From positions 9,114,001-9,178,000 of the forward strand of contig JBHGNT010000012.1 of the NCBI GenBank assembly GCA_043228905.1: a stretch of DNA of 64,000 nt. The letters run 5' to 3'. The notes below the pieces were generated by a model. The model worked only from the letters and a program-made list of their open reading frames with translations, was not told where the DNA came from and made no database searches. The translations under genes were made by a program, and so were the position numbers. Positions 12,914 through 27,165 of this stretch are shown one piece after another (the first letter of the stretch is position 1; each line of letters starts with the position of its first letter). Source of the stretch: Azolla caroliniana (Eukaryota > Plantae > Polypodiophyta).

Positions 12914-15900
12914 TTGTTTAATATTTGCTATGTGCAGCCAGGGTCGGCCAAGTAGCATTAGGTAAGCGCCCGGAGATTCGAGGTGTAACACGATTGCCGA
13001 GATAGTGAACATGTGGCCGCCTAACGTGAAGTCAAGGTGGCGGATTAACCCGATGGGGCGAACCGATCGTGTATCGGCCATCCGAAACCAAAAGGGGCAA
13101 GGTTCCCATTTGTTTAGGCCGAGGGTGTGACATGTGGCCTCGCTGATGACATTCATGCCGGAGCCAACGTCCATTATGCACCCATGAAGGTTGTGTCCTT
13201 TAATCATGATTTTCACGGCTGGATTCTGGGAATCCATGAGGGGTGGGCCTGTCCTTGGCTCCGTTAGGTTAACAGGGGGTGCGACCGATTTGTCATTAGC
13301 CATGAGTATAGTCAAGGTATCCCAAAAGCGCGGCATTATGTAATGGAAGCGAGATCCTAACACTTGTAAGGGCTTCCCATAGATGGTCATCTTCTGCCAA
13401 GGTGGATGGTCCTACGGCCGGTGGTGCACCGATGGTCACGTCCTGGATCTCTATGTGCATCCGTGCCACATTGCTTTTATTGGCGGTCTCAATCCATTCC
13501 TTGGCTGCTTGTCGGACGTCATCTTGTTCTTGCCATTGGCTGGCTTGGGTCTTGCTACGTGTAGTGACGTGTTGAACGTTGGCCATAATAGTATTCACAG
13601 CCGGGGCCTTGCCGCGGTTCGTGGTTGGGCATTGGGTAGCGTAGTGGCCGGGTTGGTTACATTTAAAGCAGGTAACGGATACCGAGTTGCTGGTGTCACC
13701 ATGCTCAGTGTGTGGAAAAGGTTGTGAGTGGTTCCCGGCCACTTGTGTAGGCGTGTTGGCCCGTGGCGCGTTGTGCGAGACGTTTGGAGGGGGGTCCTGA
13801 CGGGGATTGTCATTTTGTCGTCGATTGTTCTGCGAACCTCTATAAGAGTTTCTTCGCTTGTTTCGTAAATACCACTGATCGTACCAGTCATCCCAGTTGT
13901 CGTCATACCGATCATACTCATCGTTTGCTCTATATTGGTCGTCATGGTACTGGTCACAACGGTTGTCTGATCTCCTGCGATTGTCGTGGCGGTACCGGTT
14001 GTCGTCGCGGCGGTAGTCGTCGTCGCTTGTTTGCCCAATGTCGGTATGACTGACGTTCATCCTACCGGGAGTATGTATTGCGCAGCTCGATTTGGCGAAC
14101 CAGAGCCGTCATTGTGCGGTTGAGCATGTTGTACTCACATTGTTCGATCGTGTGAGCTTGGGACTGACATATTGGGTAGTGTGGCCGGTGATGGCACTCA
14201 AGAGCCAGATGGCCTGAGCCTGAGCAAGCCGTGCATTGGAGGGCTTGTTGGAATCGATTGTCCTCCTGAGGAAGGGAGATTTGCAAAGAGCCCATGGAGA
14301 AAGCCGTGTTATGCTGTGTCTGATCGATGGCGAGGACGCGTGCGATGACTTGCTCGATAGTTTGGTTAGAGAAATTTGTAAGTGCGAGAGTCGTCCGTAG
14401 AGGCTCCCGTAGGCTGGACAGGAAGGTATCAGGAATGTGATGAGTGGAGACATCGTCGGCCAGTTGTCGGTAGAGATCCTGAAACCGGATCATGAACTGG
14501 GCGACTGTCTCGTGAGGTTCTTAGCTCATGGAAAAGAATTGCCGGAGTAGTTCACGCTTCGGAACTTGGTGGTGAAATAATTCTAGAAACTTTGTCCGGA
14601 CGTGCTGGAACGATGTGACCTCCCCCATGTCGAGGTGGGAGTACCATCGAGCAGCTGGGCCATCGAGGGATAAAGCAAATTCCGCGATTTTGGAGGCCTC
14701 AATTTCGACAGCCGATAACCGCTCCGTCAAGTGGTTGGCCTGCCATGTGGACAGGAAAGCATGGGTGTGTGATTCAGCGTTGGGGCTGTCGGTATATGTG
14801 GGTAAGGGTAAGGCATGGTATCGAGATCTGGGTCCTCAGGTAAAGCCGGAAAAGGGTTAGGGTCAGGTTGGGTGACCTCTGGAGGGCTCGGCGGGGAGGT
14901 CGGTGCGGAATCAACTCGCGACTGGGTATCGGGTGGCGAGGATTGCAACCGGTGAGCCTCTGATAGTTCCTGGAACGATTGGTCAGCGACCGCCGAGTCG
15001 GAAGTTCCTTTGATTGGCTTTGGGCGTGGGGCAGGTGGCCTAGACTGCATGATGCGATTTGGCACCGTAATGGCGGCTGGGTTTTGCCTCCTATGTAGTT
15101 CGCTGTGACCTTTCAGCTATAACCGGGCGTGCCAAATTGTTTTAACCGTTTATGGGGAAACACCTTTGATGAGCCCATAGGCTATCGGTATCAAGGGATC
15201 GTGTTATGTGGAAGCCTCTTCTACAGAGAAGACGATAGGATTACGAGGAGCGTGACAGGAACACACGCTCCGTTTCCACACCTCTCGGCCACAACCGAGT
15301 CTAAAATCGAACACAGAAAACGGATAGTGAAACGCACGGCACAAAGGGGAGAAGAGTACACAAGATGTTTACGTGGAAAACCCAAACTAGGGAAAAACCA
15401 CGGCAGCCCACAGGATGCAAACTAACACTATGTTACAATGTACAACAGTAAAGCACCGAGGCAACAACCTCGAGCTTTCTATCTTCGCCACAGGTGGCGG
15501 TTACAACAGAGGCAACAACCTCTTTCTCTCTCACTCGCTCTCTGATCTTGCACCAACAAGAATGACAACCACATAATCAGTTTGCCCTAAGTCATATTTA
15601 TACTAATATGACTTTTTAGCTATTTACAAATATAGTCCCGATGGACTCTCAGAAACATATTTACGAATATGTCCCTTCATCCGGTGAGCACTTCTCACCG
15701 GGTCTTCACCATCCGGCTCTTGCCGGGTACTCGTCATCCGGTTCTCATTGGGTCCTCCGTAGCCGGGTACTCGTCATCCGGCGCTTGCCGAGTACACCAC
15801 ATCCGGTTCTCACCGGGTCTTCCGTTGCCGGGTACTTGTCATCCAGCGCTTGCCGGGTACACCACATCCGGTTCTCACTGGGTCTTCCGTAGCCGGGTAC

Positions 15901-16371
15901 TCCACATCCGGTTTCGGCCTCGGCTGAGTTTGCTCATCAGTATTGTTCTTCTCATTTCCCATCCGGAGGGACTTGTTTCCTAACAGAGCGTACACGGCTA
16001 CACCCATTAGGTATAAACGGAGCTCGGTTTACGAGTACGGGGAGAATACACAGATAAAAGAATAGTAAGAGCGAAACTTATATTAAATGATAAGCTCACA
16101 GTGATTACAGTAGACGGCTCTCGGCCGGAACAGTTCGTGCAGAGCTCGGTGCTACGATATTAATCTCCCTAAAATGATCTAGAAAAAAACTCCTCCCTTG
16201 AGGTATGCATAACTCGGGTTATATAATTTTCCTCTTGAGACAGAGCCGAGCCATCGGTTGATTGTGAGGGCTAAAACTCGGCTATCTCTAGTTTTACCTA
16301 TTTCCTCACCCACTCTTCTACCTAACGACGAGTTTACATAATGTATTTATATTTCTGGCCTATGGACAACA
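12914..16371 (-). mobile_element. Element C: 5' part (LTR, PBS, gag, protease) of a related non-chromoviral gypsy, interrupted by A
   Basis: Gag fragments 13296..15065 (KIAEFALSLDG, CFKCNQPGHYATQC) and protease 12914..13390. PBS TGGCACGCCCGG at 15123..15134. LTR ~15138..16371. Confidence 0.85.
15253..15985 (-). mobile_element. Solo LTR related to copia B, inserted in the LTR of C
   Basis: TG..CA ends, perfect TSD GAGCG, reverse-complement similarity to the B LTR. Confidence 0.92.
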
Positions 16372-18235
16372 CTCCAATCGATTCTAGGGTTATGTAGCTC
16401 GAACCATGGCGGAGGACGATTGGATGCTCAGGACTACAGATTATTTTAAAGGAAACTACACATCCTAAATCACCTAAGAGTATGTGTATTGGCTCAGACT
16501 CTTCGAATATCTTCCCGGAAGCTATGGGACGTCCATCAATCAGTACTACGGAAACTGGACAAGGAAGTGTATGCAAGGGTATTTGGTGTTTTTGGGAAAA
16601 ATCTCTATCCATGAAACAAGATTTGCCTCTAGTATCTAAGAGGGCTTGGACTTGAAGTTGACAACTTAGTGTCCTAACTTGTACTTGGGCTGAGAAGACT
16701 CTACTAACAGGCTTGGAAGAAATGGAACCCACACTAGGTTGTACATATCTAGGGTTGTCCAACCAAATGACTCCTATTTTGGCCGGACTTGTTCGTTCAA
16801 CTCCTCTTCTAATTGGCTTAGGACTTCAAACTTATTGGACAAGGGTGGATTTTTCATAATATTAGATTCACAAACTGCTTCTAAAATGTTTGACTCATTT
16901 TTATTGTCATAGTGAATTTGATTTACTTGACGTCTCGACCTACAAGAGCAATGAATGGCTATATGTCCTGGACCTCCACAATATAAGCACTGATGGTTTG
17001 TTCGGCGTCATTGCTTCTCTTCGTCTGACAACGGTCCTCGTCATTCAGTGATATCGATCTCCGTGGGTGCAGGACTATCCATTGGGACTAGACTACGTGT
17101 TTGCCTTGGACTTGGAGTAGGGCTATATGTTTGCCTTGGGAATGATTGCGCCGTTACTGATGCATAAGTTGGTGTGAATCTTGATCTTGTTATTTGTTGT
17201 TGTCACTCACATTGACGCTCAAAAAGGCGGTTATCACACCGTATTGCTCGAATAATGGCTTCTGTAAGTGACCTTTGATCCTCGGGGAAGGTAAGAAGCA
17301 AGTCTTTGACATCACTACGAAGGCCTGAATGGAATTCCTCCATTAGGGCTTGTTCATCCCAAGGAATATCGCTTGCGATGAGACGGAAATTGACTGCATA
17401 TGTTGAAGCTGGCTGATCACCTTGACGTAGTGTACGAATCTTGTTGATAGTTGTTCTTGCTCCATCAGTATCTCCGAAACAAGCCTTAAATTCTTTGATA
17501 AATTCCTCAAAATTATTTAGTAGAGGAGAATTTGTCTCTAGCAATGGAGCAAACCATGACAACGCTATGCCAGTCAATAAGGTGCCCACTAACCCGACTC
17601 GTGATGCATCTGTCGGATAACGTGTGGGATCCATTAGAATCACCAACCGCACTTGATTCAAGAAACCTTAGAAATGCAACCTCGAACCATCAAATTTAGC
17701 AAGGAGGCTGATTTTGGGCTCCTTGATAAGTCCTTGAACTTGGACCCTTTGTTGTTGTAACACTACAATTGTTGACTCTAACTGTTGAACCCGTCGCGTG
17801 AACTCCTCTTGTTGTTGCTACTTCTCTATAGTAACCTTTTGTAGATCCCCAAGTAGACGTTGATTCTCTACTTCAAGAGATGCGAACTTGGATTTAAGAT
17901 TCTCCATTTTTGCAACAAGGATGAGATATTCTTCTGAGTTAATGGCGGCCATGGTTTCGTGATGGTTACAAAGGAGGATGAGAGAGACAAAGAGAGAGAG
18001 AGAGGGAATTCGAATCCTTGGTGGACGATGAACTTCGAATCAAACTGTTAGAACAAATCAAGATATTGAACGATTGAAGGAAGGTATAAGAGAATAGAAG
18101 AAGAGAGGAGAATGGAATGATAAGAGAAGAGTGGATTTATTAGAATCGAATGAGTACAAGGATGAGTTGGATACAAGGTAGGCTTGGAGCTGAAGACTGG
18201 TGTTATTGTACGCAAACTCTCCAAGATGCAATATA
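16372..18235 (-). mobile_element. Element E: chromoviral (Tcn1-like) gypsy 5' part (partial LTR, gag, protease)
   Basis: Gag 17203..17661 and protease 16372..16762 (ALLDT, PWFELHNP). Same family as 47216..48777. LTR-like stretch from 18046. Confidence 0.8.
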
Positions 18236-20285
18236 TGACTCCAATCATCTTGTTCATAATTGATGAAACATCGAAGATATTGCTAAAGTGTTTGATTTGT
18301 GCACTCGGTTTGGCCATTAGTTTCGGATGATATGCTGAAGAGAGTTTGCAAGAGATTCAGAGCCCGTTACATAGGTGCTTCAAAAAATGAGAGATAAATT
18401 GCGGATCATGATCACTAATTATGTCGTTTGGAAGACCATGATGGGGAAATACTTCATGCATAATGATATCTGCTGTTTCTTGACTACTGATGCTATTTAG
18501 ACAGGGCAAAAAATGTGCCATCTTGGTAAATTGATCCACTATAGTTAAAATAGCATCAAAACCTTGTGAAGGTGCTAGATCTGTAATTAAATCCATAGAA
18601 ATTGACTGCCATGGTTTGCTCGGAGTCGGCAATGGTTGTAACAACCCATAAGGATGATGCTTAGGCATTTTGGCTTGACAACATGTGTCACATGTGCGAA
18701 CGTAATCTTCAACAAATTGTTAAAAATGAGGCCACCAAAATGATCGCTTCACTAGCTCCATGGTCTTCGCAATATCAAAGTGTCCGGCCATACGGGCATC
18801 ATGACAGTGCTCCAACACTCGAAGGCATGATGATCCATCAGGGACATAAAAGAGATTCTTGTAGAAAAGTAAGTTATCTTGCCGCTTGAACTCCTTATAG
18901 TGTCGAAATGTCCTTGGCAATGCATGATTTGGACCAAAGTGGGTGAAGACATCCTTAGCAAAATCCTCAGAGTGAAGTTGTTGTCGAATAGTATCAAGAA
19001 GACTTGAATCCAGTGGTGTGGCACAAACCGTGGTTGCTTGTAGTTTTGATGGACCAAGGAGAACTTGTTTTTGATTGTCGAAAGCTGGATCTCTAGAGGG
19101 AAGTGCCAAATATGAGCGTCGAGATAGAGCATTCGCTTACCCTTGTTCTTTCCCTGAGCGTAAAATGATCTTGAAACCAAAACGAGTTAAATATTGCGCC
19201 CACTGAGCTTGTCGCCTATTTGGCACTCGAGCTGTCTGAAAATATGTAAGATTTTTGTGGTCAGTATTAATTATGATTTGATGAGGCGAACCTTCCAAGA
19301 AATGTTGCATTGCGCAAAAGAGTCGACCACAACTAGTAACTCTTTGTCATGCACCTCGTAGTTGATCTCCGCAACATTAAATTTCTTGAGTGAAACGCGA
19401 CTGGATGCAATTGCTCATCTTCACTTGGTTGTGGTAGGATGTTGCCCAATGCAAAGTCGGATGCATCTGCCTCAATGGTAAATGGCTTTTCTCAATCAAC
19501 ATGAGCTAAGACAAGAGCTGATGTGAATGCCTCCTTCAATTGAGTAAAGGCTTTGTCCGCTTCCGGAGTCCAAACAAATGCTTGATTTTTCTTGGTGAGT
19601 TGAGTGAGCAACAATACTATCTTCGAATAATTCCATATGAATTTGCGGTAGAAGTTGGAAAATCCAAGGAAACACTTGACATTGTGGACGGAACTTGGAG
19701 TATGTCATTCCAATATTGTTTGAATTTTCGCTGGATCCATGAACATACCTTTGGATGGAATGGTATAACCCAAGAACTCAACTTTTTTGCAATCAAAACT
19801 GCACTTCTCCAGTTCGGCATAAAGACCATACTCTTTTAAGCATTGGAGTACCTTCCGCACATGTATATCATGCTCCGCCTGTGTTCTAGAGTAAATCAAT
19901 AGATCATCTAAATAGATGATGAGAAAGATATCTAGAAAATCTTGAAAAATGTCATTTGCCATATGTTGCCATTTGTGAGCCCAAAAGGCATTACTGTATA
20001 CTCGAAATGGCCATACCAAGTGTGAAATGCGGTCCTCCACTCATTTCCCAGTCGAATATGGACAAGATTATATGCACCCCTTAGATCAAGTTTGGTAAAA
20101 TGCTTTGCCCACCAATGCACTCTAAAAGATTGGAAATTAAAGGTAGAGCATACCTATTTCTTATTGTGACTTTATTTAAAGGTAGAGCTCTGTTAGTGAC
20201 AGATTGTAGATCGGACCCCATGGTGGCTCTTTTCCTGGCTGTAGATCAATGGGACAATCATATGGCCGATGCTTTGGAAGTACAC
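18236..20285 (-). pseudogene. pol: Chromoviral RT-RH-IN fragment, degenerate
   Basis: [20 protein letters not shown] and PWQSISMD motifs with many lesions. Confidence 0.85.
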
Positions 20286-22617
20286 TAGCTTGGATGTGCA
20301 TTCATCGTCCACCGAGTATGGCATCCCATATTTGCGAAAAATGGGGAATATCCTATAGAAGAATGGGCTGAGTTGTTATAAGCGAATTCAACCAAGTACA
20401 AAAAATCAACCCAATCATATTGTTGATAGTTGATGAAACAACGAAGATATTGATCCAAAGTCTGGTTGGTACGCTTAGTTTGGCCATTAGTTTCGGGATG
20501 ATAGCCCGAAGAAAGCTTAACCGAAATGTGGAGAAGTTTGAACATGTGCTTCCAAAACATTGAGATGAATTGTGGACCATGATCACTAATAATATCATCT
20601 GGCAGACCAAGATGCCTAAATACCTCCCGCATAATGAGATCGGCAACCTCTTGACTTGGACTAGACTTCGTACATGGCAAGAAATGTGCCATTTCGGTAA
20701 GTCGATCAACCACTGTGAGAATTGCATCAAAACCTTTTGAAACTAGGAGATAAGTAATTAAATCCAAGGATATAAACATCCAAAGTTTTCCAGAATGGGA
20801 AGTGGTTGTAGTAAGCCTTAGGATCGGTGTCGAGGACTCTTTGATCAACAACATATATCACAACTGCGAACATACTCCTCAACAAAATGACGAAGGCGAG
20901 GCCACCAAAAGTGTCGAGAAATTAATTCTAGAGTTTTGCGAACTCCAAAATGACCAACCATTGGTGAGTCATGGCAATGTTATAAGACTTGTAGTCGTGG
21001 GGGACCATCAACAACATACAATAGGTTTTGTCGAAACAGAAAACCACCATGTCAATAGAACTGATGATAGTCCTTACGAGGGTTTTTCGACTGCGAGCAA
21101 GAAGCACGATCTGGGACGATATGATCCAAAACATCCTTGGCGAAGTCATTAGTGGCCATATGATCTTGAATGGAATCAAGAAGAGTGGAATCTTCAAGAG
21201 TTGTTATGGCATTAACTACCATTAATCGTAGGCAATTAGGACCCAAAAGGATTTATTTTTGATGCTCAAATGCAGGTTCCCCTGGACGAAGTTCCATATA
21301 AGAGTGCCGAGAAAGAGCATCTGCTTTGCCTTGTTGCATCCTAGGGTGATATATGATAACAAAGTTGAAGTGGGTAAAAAATTGCGCCTACCGGGCTTGT
21401 CCCCGACTCATGACTAGAGCATTTTGGAAATATGTCAAGTTCTTATGATCGTTGTAAACAATGATCTGTTGAGAAGAATCTTCTAGAAATGTCGCCATTG
21501 TTGAAAAGAATCCACAATTGCAAGAAGTTCTTTGTCATAGATCTTGTAGTTGATCTCTGCAGCTTCAAACTTTCAGGAATGAAAGGCGACAAGGTGTAGC
21601 TGTCCATCATCTTTAGTCTGCGATAGGACACTCCCTAGTGCAAAATCGGATGCATCAACTTCAAGGATGAAGTGTTTTGTTGGGTCGACATGTGCTAAGA
21701 TAGGCGCCATTGTAAATGCTTGTTTTAAACTTTCGAATGCCTTGGCTACATGTGAACTCCATATAAATGGCTAATTTTTGTGTGTGAGTTGAGTGAGCGG
21801 AAGCACGACCTTAGAATAATCTTTAATAAATTTTCAATAAAAATTTGCACACCCGAGAAAACATTGCACATCGCGCACTGAAAGGGGCGTTTGCCACTCT
21901 AAAATTGCTTGTACCTTCATGGGGTCCATAGCAATACCATCTGATGATACAATATACCCCAAAAATTCCACTTGATTTGGCCGAAACTACACTTTTCTAA
22001 TTTTGCATAGAGAGCATATTCTCGGAGTCGACGCAATACTTGACGAACATGTTAATCATGCTCCTCTTGGGTTTACGAGTAGATTAAAATATCATCCAGG
22101 TAAACTATAGTGAAGATATTGTAAAAATCTCGAAAGATATCATTCGCCATATGATGGAAAACTGTAGGTGCATTCGTGAGACTGAATGGCATCATAGTAT
22201 ACTCAAAATGTCAATAGCGAGTGCAAAAATTTGTCTTCCATTCATACCTTGGACAAATCCGAACTAGATTATATGCGCTACGAAGGTCCAACTTCGTGAA
22301 ATATCTTGCTCCACTGAGACGTTCCAAAAGATTTAGGATTAACAGTAGAGCATATCTATTCCGGATGGTCACTTTGTTTAGCCCTCGATAGTCCACGACC
22401 TACCTAAGAGTCCCATTCTTTTTCTTAACGAAGAAGATAGGTGTACCAGCAGGGGATCTAGAATGCCGAATGAATCCGTTTGCCAAATTCTCATCAATAT
22501 ATTCCCGCAAAGTCTCTAGCTCTACAGGGGAGAGATTATAAATTGGGCCCCATGGAGGTTCTTTCCTTGATTGTAAGTCAATAGGGCAGTTGTATGGTCG
22601 ATGCTTCGGCAATGTAT
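20286..22617 (-). pseudogene. pol: Second chromoviral RT-RH-IN fragment, degenerate
   Basis: [42 protein letters not shown] motifs. Confidence 0.85.
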
Positions 22618-23146
22618 TGTGGAAGAGGAAGAAATGAAAAAAATTGGTTCAAACTGTCAAGACAAAGAGAAAGAGAAAGAAAGAGAGGAAAAGAGATATA
22701 GTGTTAAGATAGAAAGAGAGAATTGAAAAGAAAGTATTGTATTGCAATATAAGATGGAGTACAAAGAGTAGACAGTAGGGAGCTATAGGATGTCGTTGAA
22801 CCAATTTAGTTTTTGGAGGATTGATAGATCCCTATTTATAAGTCCCTATAGAGTAATTTAGATTACTCTAGAATATAGTAGTACATTCTAGAATATAGAG
22901 TAATCTAGTAGTCTAGAAGGTTCTAGCATATAGAACACTCTAGGACATTCTAGAATATAAAGTAATATAGAAGATTCTTATGATATTAGATTATATATTC
23001 TAAAAACCATACACATAAACATGTTACTACAATGGTTAAGGATTTGACATGTGTATAACAAGGTTATGGGTTTAAATCCTTTCGAAGCATGATGTGAGTG
23101 TCATCATGACACTATCCCCCTTCTTCAAGGCATGATGTGAGTGTCA

Positions 23147-23411
23147 TCATGACACTATCCCCTTTCTTCGATGACACGTCTCCCGAGTCATTGGGGTTGT
23201 AGTAGGACTTGGTTTATGAGGATAGTCACGATGAAATGTGGTGACCATGTCTGCAGCATTGCAAAGATTTGTTGCAGGTTCCCAAGTTTGATCGTTGGGG
23301 GTATAGCCTACCCAATCAACCAAGTAATACAAATTGTTGCGCACGATTTTAGAATCGAGAATGGCAGCAACCTCAAATTCGGGTCCTTCCAAGAACTCAA
23401 CAGGTGGTGGG
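23147..23411 (-). CDS. Integrase C-terminal chromodomain of G
   Basis: EFEVAAILDS..YYLVDWVGY..DQTWEP chromodomain signature. Confidence 0.92.
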
Positions 23412-23878
23412 TGTTACGGGCATGACCATATAATATCCCGTGGTGAGAATTTACCGTAGTATTCTATACACGTGGATAAGTGTGAGGGTTAAAATGAGAG
23501 TGTAAAGAAGGAAAGGATTATTTTTAATCCTCGGGATTGAGACAACCCATTAGGCCAAGTAGGCCAAGTGTGAACTTGCCTGGGGGCCTTGGGTTTCGCT
23601 ATAAATAAGAGGCCTAGCTACCCTCATTTGATCATTTTGTTGACTACGTCGAGACTCTGTCTTGTGGTGGGTCAACTCTTGTAGCGAGCGCGCCAACACC
23701 AGGTACGACTCGACACCATAGCGGTGGTATGGGACGCCGATCGAGGCTCGAGTCCGTCTCGATCCCTTTGCTCAGGGGTGGTCGGCTAGATCGGCACCCT
23801 TCTTTCTCTCTCTCCTTTCTATCTATCTATCTATATTCTATCCTTATCTAATGCTTACATTAGACCATGTCTCTAACA
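23412..23878 (+). mobile_element. Solo LTR of an unrelated family, inserted in the G integrase
   Basis: tgtta..taaca ends, perfect TSD GTGGG, TATAAATA at ~23600. Confidence 0.9.
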
Positions 23879-25830
23879 GTGGGGGAGTTATAAGACGACC
23901 TAGAATTAAACTTGTGGCGTAAGGTTCCAAAAGGGATACATGAAACACTAGATGAAGACGCATGTGTGGAGGGAGGCCAAGACGAAATGCAACATCACTT
24001 ATCTTACTAGTGATCATGAATGGGCCAAAACGTTGGTAATGCAATTTCCCGCAAGGTCGAGTAGTCTTGATGTTGTGTTGGAGAAGCCATACACGATCCC
24101 AACACGGAATTTTTTTGAGGAATTTAGGCAATGACGATCCGCAAGCCTCTTGTGTGTAACTTGAGCATCATGCAAATTGTGATGAATGGTAGCATGAATT
24201 TCTTGGAGGCGACTAAGATGATCCTCAACAATAGGGTTGGTAGGCACTTTCGGATGCGCATTCATTGTCCACCGGGGATGACGACCCGTATTTGCAAAAA
24301 ATGGGGAATATCCCATAGAAGAATGGACTGAGTTGTTGTAAGCGAATTCAATCAAGTGCAGAAAATCAACCCACTCATCTTGTTGGTAGTTGATGAAAGA
24401 ACGAAGATATTGCTCCAATGTTTGGTTGGTACCCTTCGTTTGGCTAATAGTCTCAGGATGATAGCCCGAAGAAAGCTTAGCCAAAATTTGGAGAAGTTTG
24501 AATTTGTGCTTCCAAAACTTTGAGATAAATTGTGGACCCCGATCACTAATAATATCACATGGAATACCATGGTGCTTAAATACCTCCCACATAACTAGAT
24601 AGAGCACCTCTTGACTATTAATAGACTTCGTACATGGCAAGAAATGTGCCATTTTGGTAAGTCGATCAACCACTATGAGAATCGCATCATAACCTTTTGA
24701 AACTGGGAGATTAGTAGTGAAATTGAAGGATATAGACTTCCAAGGATTTTCCGAAATGGGAAGTGGTTGTAGTAATCCATAGGATCAGTGTCCAACACTC
24801 TTTGATCAACAACATGTATCACAATTGCGAACATACTCCTCAACAAAATGAAGAAGGTGAGGCCACCAATATTGTCGAAAAATTAATTCTAGAGTTTTGT
24901 GTACTCCAAAATGTGCAGCCATTGGTGAGTCATGGCAGTGTTGTAAAACTTGTAGTCGCGGGGGACGATCAGAAACATACAATACAACTAACGATAATCA
25001 TTACGAGGGTTTTTCGATTGCGAGCAAGAAGCATGATCTGAGCAATATGATCCAAAACATCCTTGGTGAATTCATCAATGGCCATATGATCTCGAATGGA
25101 ATCAAGAAGAGTGGAATTTTCAAGTGTTGTTCAATATAAGAGAAAGTTCCCCTGGACGAAGTTCAATATAAGAGCGTCGAGAAAGCGCATCTACGTTGCC
25201 CTGCTGCATTTCGGGGCGATATATGATTACAAAGTCGAAGTGGGGCAAAAATTGCGCCCACCGGGCTTGTCGCTGACTCAAGACTCGAGCATTTTGAAAA
25301 TATGTCAGGTTCTTATCATCATTGTAGACAATGATTTGCTAAGAAGAGCCTTCTAGAAAATGTCACCATTGTTGAAAAGAATCCACGATTGCAAGAAGTT
25401 CTTTGTCATAGATCTCGTAGTTGATCTCTCTAGCTTCAAACTTTCAGGAATGAAAGGCGACATGGTGTAGCTCTTTGTCATCTCCAGTCTGCGATAGGAC
25501 ACTTCCTAGTGCAAAATCGGATGCATCAGCTTGAAGGATGAAGCGTTTTGTTTTGTCGACATGTGCTAAAATAGGTGTCATTGTAAACGCTCATTTTAAA
25601 CTTTCAAAATGCCTCAGATGCATCTGAAGTCTAGATGATTGGTTGATTTTTGTGCGTGAGTTGAGTGAGCGGAAGCACGAACTTAGAATAATTTCTAATA
25701 AATTTCTGATAAAATTTCGCAAACCCGAGAAAACATTGCAAATCGTGCACTGAAACAGGCGTCTACCACTCTAAAATTGCTTGAACCTTCATGGGGTCCA
25801 TAGAAATGCCATTTGATGATACAACATACA

Positions 25831-26223
25831 ACATAGTTGTGGTAAGCTCAACATGTGCAGAAAAAACTCACATTGTACCTCAAAAGGATTTGAACCCACG
25901 ACCTTGTTGTACACATGTCAAATCCTTAACCATTCTATTAATATTCTTATGAGAAGTCTTTCTATTTCTCTGGTAGTTTAATGTCCCCTTCTTGTAAGGT
26001 GGATGATGATGGAGTTGCTACTATTGCAAATACGAACATATCCTCGGCCCCCACCTCCTCACGTAACTGGCGTAAAGAGATGGTCGATAACTTATGGGAT
26101 CTAGTATCAAATGTCAGAGAGTTGAGGGATGTGAGCTTTGTTCTCTCTTCGTGGGTCTCCTCAATTGTCCTTTTCATCTAATCAATCTTCGGGTTATGGA
26201 GTTCAAACCAAGGGAGACCTAGA
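25831..26223. repeat. Leftmost partial copy of the 640-bp chimeric LTR/protease tandem unit
   Basis: Matches the units at 44941..46772; cut by the insertion of F. Confidence 0.85.
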
Positions 26224-26723
26224 TGTTAATCGGCTAATTACTAACTACTACCGATACAGAAGAGTGAACGTCGCTACTCAACGTTCTAACAAGGAATTGT
26301 GTTTTACGAACGGAAATATACTATATTAATCGGTAATTACCGTGATCGTTACTTAGTTATAAATTAGGAAGATTGCACTTAACAACATAGACAATAGAAA
26401 GAACACAGAATCCGTACATGATATTCCTAACTTAAACTTATATTACTAAATAAACGACCTTTCTTACAATGCCTTCGGTTCCCTTTTATAGGTATACCGA
26501 AGGTCTTTTCTCATCGAGAACTATTCCTACTTACTATCAAGAATTACAAAATTATCTAACTAACTTAGTTCTCTTCGTTCACTGCTGAGTCATTGATCCG
26601 AACAGTCGATCCGAACCGACTCCGTTTTCGACGCTTTCCCACTTGTTCGGTAAAACTGACTGTCCGGGTCCGGGTAACACTTGGCACGTCTGTGGGCCAG
26701 GACCTTGTCCAGCGAACCCACGC

Positions 26724-27165
26724 CTATTCCTGTAGCTCTTCATCCGAATCGTTCAGAATATCAAAAATCGAAGGCTCTTCTGGCCTTGGATGTATTCCAT
26801 CTATATCTTCCTCTTCATCTTCATCTTCATCTGTGTCACAATCGTCATTCGGAGCAGGTTTTGAATGTTGTGATTCGGTTGGTTGCTCTGGTTCACTTCT
26901 TCCGGGAGCTTGAAGACCAGGAGTCTTGCTGGTTCTTTCGGCTTCGATTTTATCCAACTGGACGGAAGTGCCTATATCATTTTTGTCGAATTCTTGCATA
27001 ATACGTTGAATTTCTTCTCTGTAAAATGCCGCAATTTCGTCCATATTTTTCATGATATCCTCTTGGATATTGTTAATATCCTTTTGTGCCATTTTAAAAA
27101 AACCTGCACCTTGGACCTGACGGTTATTTTTGTCGACACGCAATAACTGTAATTCCGCCGCTTGT
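26724..27165 (-). pseudogene. C-terminal part of the F accessory ORF, split by D
   Basis: Continues 36877..38269 across TSD CTTGT; acidic tail. Confidence 0.8.

Larger units (their letters stand above)
22618..25830 (-). mobile_element. Element G: 3' half of a chromovirus (RT end, RH, IN, chromodomain, PPT, 3' LTR 22618..23154)
   Basis: IN 24014..24673 and GPF motif. PPT gaagaaaggggatag. LTR homologous to 46691..47142. 43-bp duplication of the PPT/LTR start. Confidence 0.85.

Noticed and set aside
20191-20285. Possible LTR start (tgttag)
   Set aside because: The minus strand encodes the RT N-terminus (LPKHRPYDCPIDL); this is an internal deletion junction.
23028-23090. Functional tRNA gene
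   Set aside because: No convincing acceptor or anticodon stems; reported only as tRNA-like LTR sequence.
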